Part shown: positions 26,572 to 35,362 of the stretch, in pieces
Layout of the letters: each line of letters opens with the position of its first letter
How positions within the stretch are numbered: the first letter of the stretch is position 1
Virus record (IMG/VR): IMGVR_UViG_3300037466_003648
Span: 128,001 to 192,000 of that record
Direction: 5' to 3' (one strand)
DNA length: 64,000 nt
From: a virus
Lineage: Duplodnaviria; Caudoviricetes
The notes under the pieces: generated by a model
The model's input: only the letters and a program-made list of their open reading frames with translations
What the model was told of the DNA's origin: nothing
The model's database searches: none
Position numbers and translations under genes: made by a program

Positions 26572-26727
26572 CTAGTTGCCGGAGTTGTTGCTGATGATGC
26601 CAGGCCCCGGACCACTCGTGACGAGCGGTCGGGGCACGGTGGGTGCGGTAGGGCACACGACTTGCGGCGTGCAGCTGACGAACAGCAGGACCGCCGCGAC
26701 CATGAGCACCGTCGTGATCAGGCGCAT
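26572..26727 (-). CDS. small Pro-rich lipoprotein (o-spanin/Rz1-like), 51 aa, absent from the ORF track
   Basis: MRLITTVLMVAAVLLFVSC signal peptide with lipobox-like end, then TPQVVCPTAPTVPRP; AGGAGG RBS; stop fused to the holin RBS. Confidence 0.65.
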   Translation of the reverse strand: MRLITTVLMVAAVLLFVSCTPQVVCPTAPTVPRPLVTSGPGPGIISNNSGN

Positions 26728-26790
26728 CACTTCCTCCTTGGGGATAGTAGGCCCGATCGTAGCGAGCGGGGTCGCGTGGGTTCTGGGCGT

Positions 26791-27630
26791 CTACTGGTCG
26801 AAGTCGTTGGCGGTGTCCTGGTAGTAGTACTGGTGGGAGGTGGCACTGTCCGTCGGGTACACACCCAACCCGGCTACCGGGTAGACTTCGGCCAGGTTCA
26901 ACACCTTGGCGTAGTCGACCGCGGGGATGTTGGTCGTACCCGCTCCGGCACTGACACCCAGAACGACCAGGATCTTGGGCTTGGGCAGCGTGATGGCGTT
27001 GGGCGCGGGAGGTGCTGGCTTGGTCTTACTGATCGCATACTCCAGGCGCCCGTACATCGCCTCCTTGGGCTCGGCGGTCGGCGTGCTGCCCGCGAAGTAG
27101 AAGCCGTCCAGCAGAATGACGTCTTGACCGGAGCCCGTACCGATGACCGGATCGGCCAGCGAGTCATAGCTCTCCAATGCGTCCATTGGCTCGGTCGCGG
27201 AGACCATCACTTGCAGAGGCGTGCTCGATGCGAACTGCGCGTAGGTGTAGGTAACCGCCGCGTTCTGGTTGTCACGCGTGGCCGTGCCCACCCCATCCGA
27301 AAAGCCGAACTCGTCGATGAAGAAACCGTCCAGCACGCCTTGGACCGGCAGCGTGTTCACCCAGTTGTCCGCCTGCACCTTCCACTGGTCGAGGTTGGCC
27401 GCGCCGCCCAGCGCGGTGTAGCCAAAGAACTTGGCGTTCTCGTTGATCACCTTGACCGCGCGGATGACCTCCGCCAGATCGGCAGCGTCTTGCTCCACCT
27501 GGGGCGGCTCCACCACGATGAAGTCGTAGCGCGCGAGGATCCCGATCGCCCCCAACAGGTTGTTGACACCGCCGATCGTGGTGATCGTCGGGCTCGCGTA
27601 GCGGATGAAGTTGTTGCGATCGGTTTGCAT
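26791..27630 (-). CDS. putative glycoside hydrolase (spherulin-4/GH135- or GH114-like TIM barrel)
   Basis: YDFIVVEP, FFGYTALG, LDGFFIDEFG motifs. Confidence 0.5.
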   Translation of the reverse strand: MQTDRNNFIRYASPTITTIGGVNNLLGAIGILARYDFIVVEPPQVEQDAADLAEVIRAVKVINENAKFFGYTALGGAANLDQWKVQADNWVNTLPVQGVLDGFFIDEFGFSDGVGTATRDNQNAAVTYTYAQFASSTPLQVMVSATEPMDALESYDSLADPVIGTGSGQDVILLDGFYFAGSTPTAEPKEAMYGRLEYAISKTKPAPPAPNAITLPKPKILVVLGVSAGAGTTNIPAVDYAKVLNLAEVYPVAGLGVYPTDSATSHQYYYQDTANDFDQ

Positions 27631-27633
27631 GGC

Positions 27634-28491
27634 TTAGATCCTGTTGTAGCTAGGGGACCACGACTGCCAGCTGTAGCCATTCCACCAGTGCCAGCTGTTG
27701 TAGCCGTCCATGTAGACCCAGGTGCCGCTGGGTACCTGGAACATGAGATAGTTGCCGCCCCAGCTGGACGAACCCGCCTTGATGCCGTAGCTCTTGACCA
27801 TGGCACAAGCCTCGGGGTACCACTGGAAAAGCAACTTCCAGTCGGGATGGTTCTTGGGGTCCTCGAAGCCGGGGATGACGCCGTCCGGTGTGCCGGGACC
27901 CGAGGAGCCGCGGGTGTTGCCCGGTGCTTCGGTCGTGCCGCCGAAGAAGCGACCCGCATTGGCGAACTGCTCCCACGGACCTTCGTGACGCCCGTCCGGC
28001 ACCGCCCACGGCGCCTGGTTGGGGTCGTAGGTGGTGTGGTTGGAGCTGATCAGCCTCTCCCACAGGTGGGCCAGCTCTTCGCAGCCCTGCGACTGGTTGC
28101 CGTACAGCCCCATCCAGTTGTGGTACGCGTGGTACCACTCGTGCGAGAGCGCGGCCGGGAACTTGTAGCCGCCGTAGGTCTGCGGATCGAAGTACTGGAT
28201 GTCGATGTGCGAGCGGTAGTCGGCGTCGCTGTAGGTCAGCGCCAGCGCGATGTTGGCGTTCGGGAAGGGCAACCACTTCGAGTAGACGTTGACCGTCACG
28301 CGGCGCGTGAACTTGTTCGTCAAGTCCGGTTGGTTGTAGTACTCGTAGGTGTTCGTCCCCAGCTGGTTGATCCAGGAGGTCCACTGAGCGATGGAGCCGC
28401 ACTGGTTGTCGACCGGACCGTAGTCGGACTCGTAGTACCGGTTGAGCACGAGCCCGTTCGGGAACGTCGTGGTGATGAACTGTTGGGACAT
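27634..28491 (-). CDS. zinc metallopeptidase
   Basis: ALSHEWYHAYH (HExxH) plus downstream WEQFA; Trp/Tyr-rich C-terminus. Confidence 0.65.
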   Translation of the reverse strand: MSQQFITTTFPNGLVLNRYYESDYGPVDNQCGSIAQWTSWINQLGTNTYEYYNQPDLTNKFTRRVTVNVYSKWLPFPNANIALALTYSDADYRSHIDIQYFDPQTYGGYKFPAALSHEWYHAYHNWMGLYGNQSQGCEELAHLWERLISSNHTTYDPNQAPWAVPDGRHEGPWEQFANAGRFFGGTTEAPGNTRGSSGPGTPDGVIPGFEDPKNHPDWKLLFQWYPEACAMVKSYGIKAGSSSWGGNYLMFQVPSGTWVYMDGYNSWHWWNGYSWQSWSPSYNRI

Positions 28492-28503
28492 GATCGACTC
28501 CTG

Positions 28504-29412
28504 TTAGGTGACCTGGGTAGGACCATCCACGATGCCCGCACCACCCGCACCACCGGGACCACCGTTGCCACCGGAACCCGAGCCCCCAGTACCGCCCGCA
28601 CCACCGTTGGCGTGAATGTTGCCGGAGCCGTTGTTGGTAAAGCTGGTGGTGTAGCGGATCTTGATGGTGCCACCGCCGCCACCACCGCCACCACCGCCGC
28701 TGCCCCAGAACGACGTGCCAGAACCAACACCGTTCGCGCCTGCCGCACCGTCGGCCGTGATCAGACCGTTGGCACCGATCGTGATGGTGACGGCCCAGAT
28801 GTCGATGATGCCGCCGCCCGCGCCACCCGCACCACCGGCACCAGACGTACCACCGCCGTTGCCCGATCCGCCGCCACCGCCGCCCGAGCCACCCGCACCC
28901 ATGCGACCGCCCGTAGACTCGGTGAACGTGCTACCAGCCGTACCGCCAGCACCACCGCTGCCCGAACCACCGGTTGTGCCGTTGGTGCCCGCCACGTTGT
29001 GCGAACCACCGGCACCACCGCCGCCGCCCTGGTTGTTACCCGCGCCGTTGTTGTACACACCGGCACCACCGCCCGTGGAGGCCGTGCCCGACGAGGTACC
29101 CGCGCCACCCGCGCCACCGGGGTTACCTGTCGAACTGGTGCTGGCACCGGCGGCGCCACCAGCCAGCCCCAAACCCAGCACGCTGATGGTGCCGTTCACG
29201 ATTAGGTTGGTGCAACGGATCTTCAGGAGACCGGCCGCGCTGAGCGTCAGCGTACCACCCTTCTCGATGAAGATCTCGTTGTACTGCTTGGTCGAGTCAT
29301 GGTTGATGCTCTGACCCGCGTACACGTACAGGTCGGGCAACGGCGTGCCCGACTGGGTCGGGAACACCGTCTGGCTGCCAGGTGCATTAGTCGATCCAGG
29401 AATGAACGTCAT
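28504..29412 (-). CDS. glycine-rich tail-associated protein
   Basis: poly-Gly tracts, GGGGGGTI motifs. Confidence 0.65.
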   Translation of the reverse strand: MTFIPGSTNAPGSQTVFPTQSGTPLPDLYVYAGQSINHDSTKQYNEIFIEKGGTLTLSAAGLLKIRCTNLIVNGTISVLGLGLAGGAAGASTSSTGNPGGAGGAGTSSGTASTGGGAGVYNNGAGNNQGGGGGAGGSHNVAGTNGTTGGSGSGGAGGTAGSTFTESTGGRMGAGGSGGGGGGSGNGGGTSGAGGAGGAGGGIIDIWAVTITIGANGLITADGAAGANGVGSGTSFWGSGGGGGGGGGGTIKIRYTTSFTNNGSGNIHANGGAGGTGGSGSGGNGGPGGAGGAGIVDGPTQVT

Positions 29413-29422
29413 GATGATCTCC

Positions 29423-29749
29423 TTAGATCAGGTACCAGGCGCTGACGCCGTCGTACATCAACGTGATGGACATGCGGTTAAGGGTCATCAAGAGGCTGGT
29501 GTCGCCTTCGATCGTGTCACTGCCGCCCGGCAACACGGTAATGTTATGATTGGTTGCGTCGTTGTTCGCGTCCTTGATGTAGACGATCGCACCAGCTTGA
29601 GGAGCGGTGGGAAGCGTCACGGCGAAGGTGCCCAACACCGCGAGCTTGACCAGCACGGCTTCCCAGGCAGCAGCCGTGTAGGTACTACCTGTCGTCTTGA
29701 TGACAGGCGTCAGGAAGTTTTCCAGCTCTCGTGCAGAAATCTTGCCCAC
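29423..29749 (-). CDS. small tail-fibre-type beta module protein
   Basis: TFAVTLP..P..G..V.IKD...N.ITV motif shared with three other proteins in this window. Confidence 0.6.
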   Translation of the reverse strand: MGKISARELENFLTPVIKTTGSTYTAAAWEAVLVKLAVLGTFAVTLPTAPQAGAIVYIKDANNDATNHNITVLPGGSDTIEGDTSLLMTLNRMSITLMYDGVSAWYLI

Positions 29750-29758
29750 GGTGCTCTC

Positions 29759-30049
29759 CTAGGTGTAGATCTCAACGAATCCGGTCGCATACGTAGCGGC
29801 TGCGATGAAACCCTTGATGAATTGCGGATCGCCCCAGCCGTCTGGCGCGGGCTTACGACTGTTGAAGGTCAGCTCGTACCGGGCACCTGCCGGACCACTG
29901 CAGCTGATGTACTGGGGATGCTCCCGCAGCAGATGCATGAAGCGGTCTTCATCGGATAGCAGCCACGTAGGGCGCGGACCGTCCGGGTTGGGGGGAAGGT
30001 GCAGCGTGTACACCGTCTCCTCGACGTCGATCTGAAGTGCCAGCACCAT
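29759..30049 (-). CDS. hypothetical protein (96 aa, MVLALQID...)
   Basis: ATG 1 nt after the upstream stop; in frame with the ORF-track entry. Confidence 0.55.
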   Translation of the reverse strand: MVLALQIDVEETVYTLHLPPNPDGPRPTWLLSDEDRFMHLLREHPQYISCSGPAGARYELTFNSRKPAPDGWGDPQFIKGFIAAATYATGFVEIYT

Positions 30050-30050
30050 C

Positions 30051-30311
30051 CTACTTGGCCTTCTTCGAGACGGGCTTCGGCTCTTTGGCCAACGCTTCCT
30101 CGACGGGGGCTGGAGCCGGTTCCGGCTTCGAGAAGGTATCCGTCGCGCGGTCGTAAACGTCGCCAATGGCAACTTCGGGATCGCGTCCAGTCACCTCTAC
30201 AGGATCGGGGTAGTCTTCGTGGTCCTCGAAAACGGGCACCAGGTCGTCATAGCGCTCGAAGAAGCACTTGACGACGTTGTCCTTGGTGAGTTCGGCGTAC
30301 CTGCGGGGCAT
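30051..30311 (-). CDS. putative tail-fibre assembly chaperone
   Basis: AAGGAG RBS; MPRRYAEL..DNVV...IGDVYD...FSKP pattern of small proteins that follow Gly-rich tail proteins. Confidence 0.5.
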   Translation of the reverse strand: MPRRYAELTKDNVVKCFFERYDDLVPVFEDHEDYPDPVEVTGRDPEVAIGDVYDRATDTFSKPEPAPAPVEEALAKEPKPVSKKAK

Positions 30312-30370
30312 GTTTATCTCCTTGAGCATTTAGTGTGGAGTAAGCTCGCGCACAAGAAGTGCGCGCGTTA

Positions 30371-31663
30371 CTAAGCTTCCACCCAGTACACAACCACGAA
30401 ACCAGCACCACCTGCGGGCGGGGTCGTGCCGCTGCCGCTGGCACCGCCGCCGCCAAACCCGCCGCCGCTCAAAACGGTGGTGCCGCAAGCGTAGCCACCA
30501 CCCGCGCCGCCGCCAAAGCCCAAGGACCCGGTCCCTGCTACGCCACCGCTGGTGTTGCCACCCCCGCCGTTGGTGTCGCCGTTGACAGAACCACCGCCGC
30601 CGCCACCGGCTTGACCAACAGCACTGGTGGACGAGCCACCGCCGCCGCCACCGCCAGCACCGTTACCGCCAGTGGTGCCGGAGCCAGCCGTGCCATTGTT
30701 GCCCTTGCCACCACCGCCACCGCCCGCGTTGGCACTGGTGGCACCGGCATTGCCACCACCACCGCCACCGCCACCGCCGTAGGCGCTGCCGTTGCCCGAC
30801 GCTCCGTTGCCACCCGGCAGGTTGATGATACCCGCGGTCGTTTGGAACTGCCAGGCGCTGGCATTCAGGTTGGTATCCGTGATGTCCGACCAGCTACCAC
30901 CGCCGGTACCACCACTACCACCGGCAGCTCCAGAGCTGGTAGTACTAATACCACCACCGGCTGCCGACAGGAGGGCACCAAAACTGGACGTGCTGCCGCT
31001 GGAAGTGCCTACAGTGACCGTGATGGCTGCTGTGCTGGTGATCAGCGAGGTCACGTCAGCCATCTTATGCTGAGCGCCGCCACCGCCGCCCGAACCGTTG
31101 GCGGAATTGTAACCACCCGCACCCGACAGCCAGACAAGAACCCGCAAGAAACCACGAAGGTTGCCCTGCGGAATGCTCCAGCTGCCGCTGCCCGTGTACA
31201 CCGTCTTCTTGAGCTTTGCAGCTGGAAGCATGCACGCGTTCATGAGAATGGCGTAAGCACCTGCCTGGGTGAACATCGCAGCCTTGGCATACGGAGAGCC
31301 CAGCATCGCGCTAATCGCGGGGCCAACCGTCACCACGCGGTCCATGATGGCTTGAGAAGCTGCAAAGGTGTTCATGCCTGTGGAGCTGGTCGCGATCAGA
31401 CCCATGAACGTGGTGCTGCGCAGCATCTCGCCAAAGGCAATGGGCTCTGTCTGCACGACGGCCATAGCTGTAGCCGAACCGGCAATGGCCGTTGCGGCAG
31501 CGCTGCTGTCAGCCAGCGCGCGGCAATGGTAGCGCGACTCCAACATGAGTCGGAAGGCGCCCAGCTCATTGGCATCGGCCAGGCGAGTCTCCAGCTGGGA
31601 CGCGTTCAGGCTGCCCGCCAGAAGCAGGTTCACCGTCCGCAAACCACGAATAGAACCAGACAT
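30371..31663 (-). CDS. glycine-rich tail protein
   Basis: helical N-terminus, then YTGSGSWSIP...VWLSGAGG...GGGGG Gly-rich domain. Confidence 0.65.
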   Translation of the reverse strand: MSGSIRGLRTVNLLLAGSLNASQLETRLADANELGAFRLMLESRYHCRALADSSAAATAIAGSATAMAVVQTEPIAFGEMLRSTTFMGLIATSSTGMNTFAASQAIMDRVVTVGPAISAMLGSPYAKAAMFTQAGAYAILMNACMLPAAKLKKTVYTGSGSWSIPQGNLRGFLRVLVWLSGAGGYNSANGSGGGGGAQHKMADVTSLITSTAAITVTVGTSSGSTSSFGALLSAAGGGISTTSSGAAGGSGGTGGGSWSDITDTNLNASAWQFQTTAGIINLPGGNGASGNGSAYGGGGGGGGGNAGATSANAGGGGGGKGNNGTAGSGTTGGNGAGGGGGGGSSTSAVGQAGGGGGGSVNGDTNGGGGNTSGGVAGTGSLGFGGGAGGGYACGTTVLSGGGFGGGGASGSGTTPPAGGAGFVVVYWVEA

Positions 31664-31673
31664 GGAGCCCTCC

Positions 31674-32966
31674 TTACGAGTTCATGACGCCGACGCGCCA
31701 GATGTTTCCGGGTACGGCAACCGTACCGCCACTGGGGTTGGAGATCGTCAGGGTGATGGTATCGGCACCTGTAACGACCGCTTTGTAAGTAATGGCCGTG
31801 GGCAGATCCATGGGCGGGCCGACCACCGTGCAATCGTTGGCACGCGCACCGGGCACCGAAACGGCCAGGGTGTACGACAAACCTGCCGTCAAGCTCTGGG
31901 TTGCAACACTGACGAGAACCGTGTTCGGACGGACTTCCTCGATCAAGGGATCGACATATGCCATTACGAAGTCGATGTTCGCCAACTCCATAAACAAGCG
32001 TCCGCCCGCCGTCACGGTCAGTACGGACTCACCGTCGGCCGTGTCCGTGGCCGTCGACGAGTAACGGTAGAGGCCCAAACTCGGGATGAACACCAATGCG
32101 TCAGTAGTCAGACCGGTCAGTGCAGCAGCAGCCGTGGTGTCCGCCACCAACTGCAATCCACCGGCGCTCACCTTCAAGGCAAACTCGCTGAGCGCGTGCC
32201 CAGCGAAGGTCGTGGCATCCGTGCCCGCCAGGGGAGACACAGAGCTGGAGATCTTGACTTCGACGCCGGTTGCGGGGATCTCGCCTGCCACGAACGTGAT
32301 CTTGTTGCCCGTGCGGGTGTAGTTCACACCCCCACCGACCATGATGTTGCCGCCGCGCCACACCAACTCGTAAGGACCGCCCGTCGGCAAGGTATACGTT
32401 GCGTTGCTCGTGCCAACGTCAGCAGTGACCACCACGGGAGTGGTCATCGCACCACCTGCGGACAGGTCGGCGAAGGCGCGCTTGTCGGTCACCAGGGTGA
32501 TGACACCGCCGCTGGTGGTCACTTCTGCCATGCGGAAGCGACCCGCTGTAAAGCCTGTCGTGTTCTTGCTGACAGTACCTGCCGAGTCTACCTCGACGTA
32601 GTTGGTGGCGTTGTTGGTCAACCCAATCGTGTTTGCCGACACGCTGACCAGCGTGGGACCGGCCTGCATCTTGCCTGCCTTGTAGCCGTACGTCAGGCCC
32701 GTGGTCGTGGCCGTGTTCTGGCCGAAGTCATCGATGCCACCCGTACCGGCGACGTTGATCAGGCCGGAGCCGTCTCCCGTGATGACGCCGTTGGTGACCG
32801 TGAGGCCACCGTCCATGGTCTGCGTGCCATGCCCCGTCGGGTTGGCGATGAGCAGCTGTGCGGCACCCGATGCTTGCGCGATGGCAAGGACCGCGTTGTG
32901 CAGCACCTTGGTGACGTCGAACTTGCGCTGGAAGTGCGCGAGCGCTTGTGCGATGAGTTCGTTCAC
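31674..32966 (-). CDS. tail fibre protein
   Basis: Thr/Gly-rich; shares its N-terminus with 32977-33789 and a beta module with 35362-37122. Confidence 0.65.
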   Translation of the reverse strand: MNELIAQALAHFQRKFDVTKVLHNAVLAIAQASGAAQLLIANPTGHGTQTMDGGLTVTNGVITGDGSGLINVAGTGGIDDFGQNTATTTGLTYGYKAGKMQAGPTLVSVSANTIGLTNNATNYVEVDSAGTVSKNTTGFTAGRFRMAEVTTSGGVITLVTDKRAFADLSAGGAMTTPVVVTADVGTSNATYTLPTGGPYELVWRGGNIMVGGGVNYTRTGNKITFVAGEIPATGVEVKISSSVSPLAGTDATTFAGHALSEFALKVSAGGLQLVADTTAAAALTGLTTDALVFIPSLGLYRYSSTATDTADGESVLTVTAGGRLFMELANIDFVMAYVDPLIEEVRPNTVLVSVATQSLTAGLSYTLAVSVPGARANDCTVVGPPMDLPTAITYKAVVTGADTITLTISNPSGGTVAVPGNIWRVGVMNS

Positions 32967-32976
32967 AGGAACACTC

Positions 32977-33789
32977 CTACGTCACGGTCCGGGTGGCGCC
33001 CGTCCAATCCCCGCTGGAATACGAGTTCGTGATGGTCACGGTCTTACCGCCACCCACAATCGTGACGACGTTGAGCGTACCATCGGCGTTGTAGCTAAAA
33101 GTGGTCGTCTTCACGGTCGTACCACCGTTCTTTTCGGTGACGGACGCGATCGTCCCATCCGCGTTCATGACCGTTACGTTCACCAGATCGTGGATCTCGA
33201 TCTCGTATCCGTGCTCGTAGCGGACGTCTGTGTTGGCATCACCGTGGGTAGTGTTGCCCTTGACAACGAGGTTGCCGTCCACGGTGCCGTTGCCGGTACT
33301 GTGGAACGATCCATCAACCGACGAGATCTCGAAGCGCGTGACAGGCGTGGTGCCCGTACTGGTCGTCGATTCGAAGACCCAACCATAACCTGCTTGGTTC
33401 TCGACGTTAAAGCGCCGCGCCCAACTGGTCACCAAGGATCCCGTAGATGGTGTAACGCCGTTAGGGCCGCCGGAACCGCCAGGCGCCATGTAGTCCATCC
33501 AGGTCTTGAAGGTTGCGTTGTTGTACCACTGGATGCGCGCATTGGTGTTCGCCGTCCGGTTCATGAACAGATAGCTGTTCGTCCCGAACAAGGCATTGCC
33601 GTTGATGGTCAGGTCGTTGCTGATCGTCAAACCACCGGCAATGGTTTGGGTAGCACCGCCATTCGGGTTACCGATGATCAGTTGAAAGGGAGCTGCCGCC
33701 GCTGCCACAGCCAAGACCGCGCCCCACTTGGGGTGGGTCGTGTCGAACTTGAACGTTAGAATGTTAGCGGCGAGGAGTTCCTCGGACAT
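32977..33789 (-). CDS. tail fibre protein with a YD-like C-terminal module
   Basis: GNGTVDGNLVVKG fibre motifs; C-terminal NADGT...FSYNADG. Confidence 0.6.
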   Translation of the reverse strand: MSEELLAANILTFKFDTTHPKWGAVLAVAAAAAPFQLIIGNPNGGATQTIAGGLTISNDLTINGNALFGTNSYLFMNRTANTNARIQWYNNATFKTWMDYMAPGGSGGPNGVTPSTGSLVTSWARRFNVENQAGYGWVFESTTSTGTTPVTRFEISSVDGSFHSTGNGTVDGNLVVKGNTTHGDANTDVRYEHGYEIEIHDLVNVTVMNADGTIASVTEKNGGTTVKTTTFSYNADGTLNVVTIVGGGKTVTITNSYSSGDWTGATRTVT

Positions 33790-33804
33790 GGGGCTACCTC
33801 AAGG

Positions 33805-34755
33805 TTAGTAGAGGAGCCCCATACGAACCAGCTGCGTGGTCGTGTTCGGCATCAGGTACAGGTACTCGATGCCGTCGGCCACGATGGTGTCCATGCGGTT
33901 ACCTGCCACGGCAGCGCCGTTCAGGATCACGTACTGGGTAGCCAACATGCGGGCCACCGGACCGCTGCCAGCAGACAGGTCCAGCTCGACAATGCGACCC
34001 GTCGCGTCCTTCGAGATCGCCAGACGCTGTGTTGGTGCACCGGTCAGCAACTTGCACATGTAGCTGCCGGTCGTGAAGGTTTCGGTATCGGGCTTGTACG
34101 TGATCTGTGTCCAGGCGTTGCCGGAGATCGAGTACTGATCCACACGGTTGGTAGCACCACCCGCTACACGGATGATGTGGTCGTTGCCACCACCGTGGCC
34201 CGGCAAGAAGACCAGGCCACAACCGGCGCCCGAGGCCGTGGGTGCGTTAGCCACCGTGGTAGGCGAGGCGACCCAGGCGTTGGTGCTGATCTGGTAGCGG
34301 TAGAAGGTGGCCGCATTGTTGCCAACCAGGTAGATGAAGTCCGACGAGGCAGCACCCGCGCCCATGGTGGGCATGGCCATGTTACCGTCCGTACCAAAGG
34401 TGGCGGGCAGGTTGGTGACGCTGCGGGCCGTCCAAGTATTGGTGGTCGGATCGTAGTACTGGAAGGTCGGTGTGGCGACGCCGTTGGTGATCAACGCCCA
34501 CAGGCGGCTGTTGGCGCTGTCCCACTGCAGGCAAGTGCCCACGCCGAGCGTACCGCCCGGCGGGTTGGCGAGCTGCTGCCAGGCATCCGCTTGACAGTCG
34601 TAGCGCCAGAAGGACGTAGCGGAGAACAAGGCGTACAAGAAGCGAACGGAGTCGCCCGTCATACAGACACCCGCCGCGACAGCCGCCGGGGGCGGGGTCA
34701 TCTGCTGGAAGATGGGAGTGTCGATGACAGGCTTGTTGTTGTTGACGGTGGTCAT
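33805..34755 (-). CDS. Kelch-like beta-propeller virion protein
   Basis: repeated F..YD...N.W blades (FWRYDCQADAW, FQYYDPTTNTW, FYRYQISTNAW, VDQYSISGNAW). Confidence 0.7.
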   Translation of the reverse strand: MTTVNNNKPVIDTPIFQQMTPPPAAVAAGVCMTGDSVRFLYALFSATSFWRYDCQADAWQQLANPPGGTLGVGTCLQWDSANSRLWALITNGVATPTFQYYDPTTNTWTARSVTNLPATFGTDGNMAMPTMGAGAASSDFIYLVGNNAATFYRYQISTNAWVASPTTVANAPTASGAGCGLVFLPGHGGGNDHIIRVAGGATNRVDQYSISGNAWTQITYKPDTETFTTGSYMCKLLTGAPTQRLAISKDATGRIVELDLSAGSGPVARMLATQYVILNGAAVAGNRMDTIVADGIEYLYLMPNTTTQLVRMGLLY

Positions 34756-34765
34756 GGGGATTCTC

Positions 34766-35035
34766 CTAGCTCAGATTCTTTCGGAAGCCCGCATAGTAGT
34801 TCTGGGCAGTGTCCAACTGGGTCTTGCCATTGGCGTTGGTGGCACCCCAGTTGGTGATGTTGCTCAGAGTGGTACACGTTGTCACCGTGGTCACCGTGGT
34901 CACGGTACCGCTGGAAATCAAGGCATCCACCTGCAGACGGTTCGCGGTGTTCACGATGAGGCGTCCCAACGTCTTCGTCAGGATCTCCATGAAGGCACGC
35001 TCCAGGGCGCCGCTTGCGATACTTCCCTTGTTCAT
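34766..35035 (-). CDS. small virion protein with TVTTVTT repeats
   Basis: 89 aa, GTVTTVTTVTTCTT; TAGGAG punctuation. Confidence 0.6.
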   Translation of the reverse strand: MNKGSIASGALERAFMEILTKTLGRLIVNTANRLQVDALISSGTVTTVTTVTTCTTLSNITNWGATNANGKTQLDTAQNYYAGFRKNLS

Positions 35036-35044
35036 CGGGTCCTC

Positions 35045-35362
35045 CTACTCTGCCGTCACGAACCAAGCCGTGCCCGTGCTGTACAAAGTCACGTACTCCT
35101 GCGCGTACTCCAAAACGTAAGTCGAGACGATCCCGATCAGCTCGGCTCCGTTGGGGTCGATCGTAACGGTGTTGGTCGTGCTGTCCGTCTTGACGACCGT
35201 GAAGGATCGACCTGTCACCGTCGCTGCGGCCGGTAGGGTCAGTACGAAGCTGCCCGAGGTCGCGTCGGCCAAGGTCACCGACTCGTTGGAGGTGATCGTG
35301 TGGTTTCCCGTCACCACCGAAGGCGGGACGCCATCCAGAACTTCCGGGCCGATGTTAGGCAT
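35045..35362 (-). CDS. small tail-fibre-type beta module protein
   Basis: SFVLTLPAA...G..F.VVK.D...N.VTI motif. Confidence 0.6.
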   Translation of the reverse strand: MPNIGPEVLDGVPPSVVTGNHTITSNESVTLADATSGSFVLTLPAAATVTGRSFTVVKTDSTTNTVTIDPNGAELIGIVSTYVLEYAQEYVTLYSTGTAWFVTAE

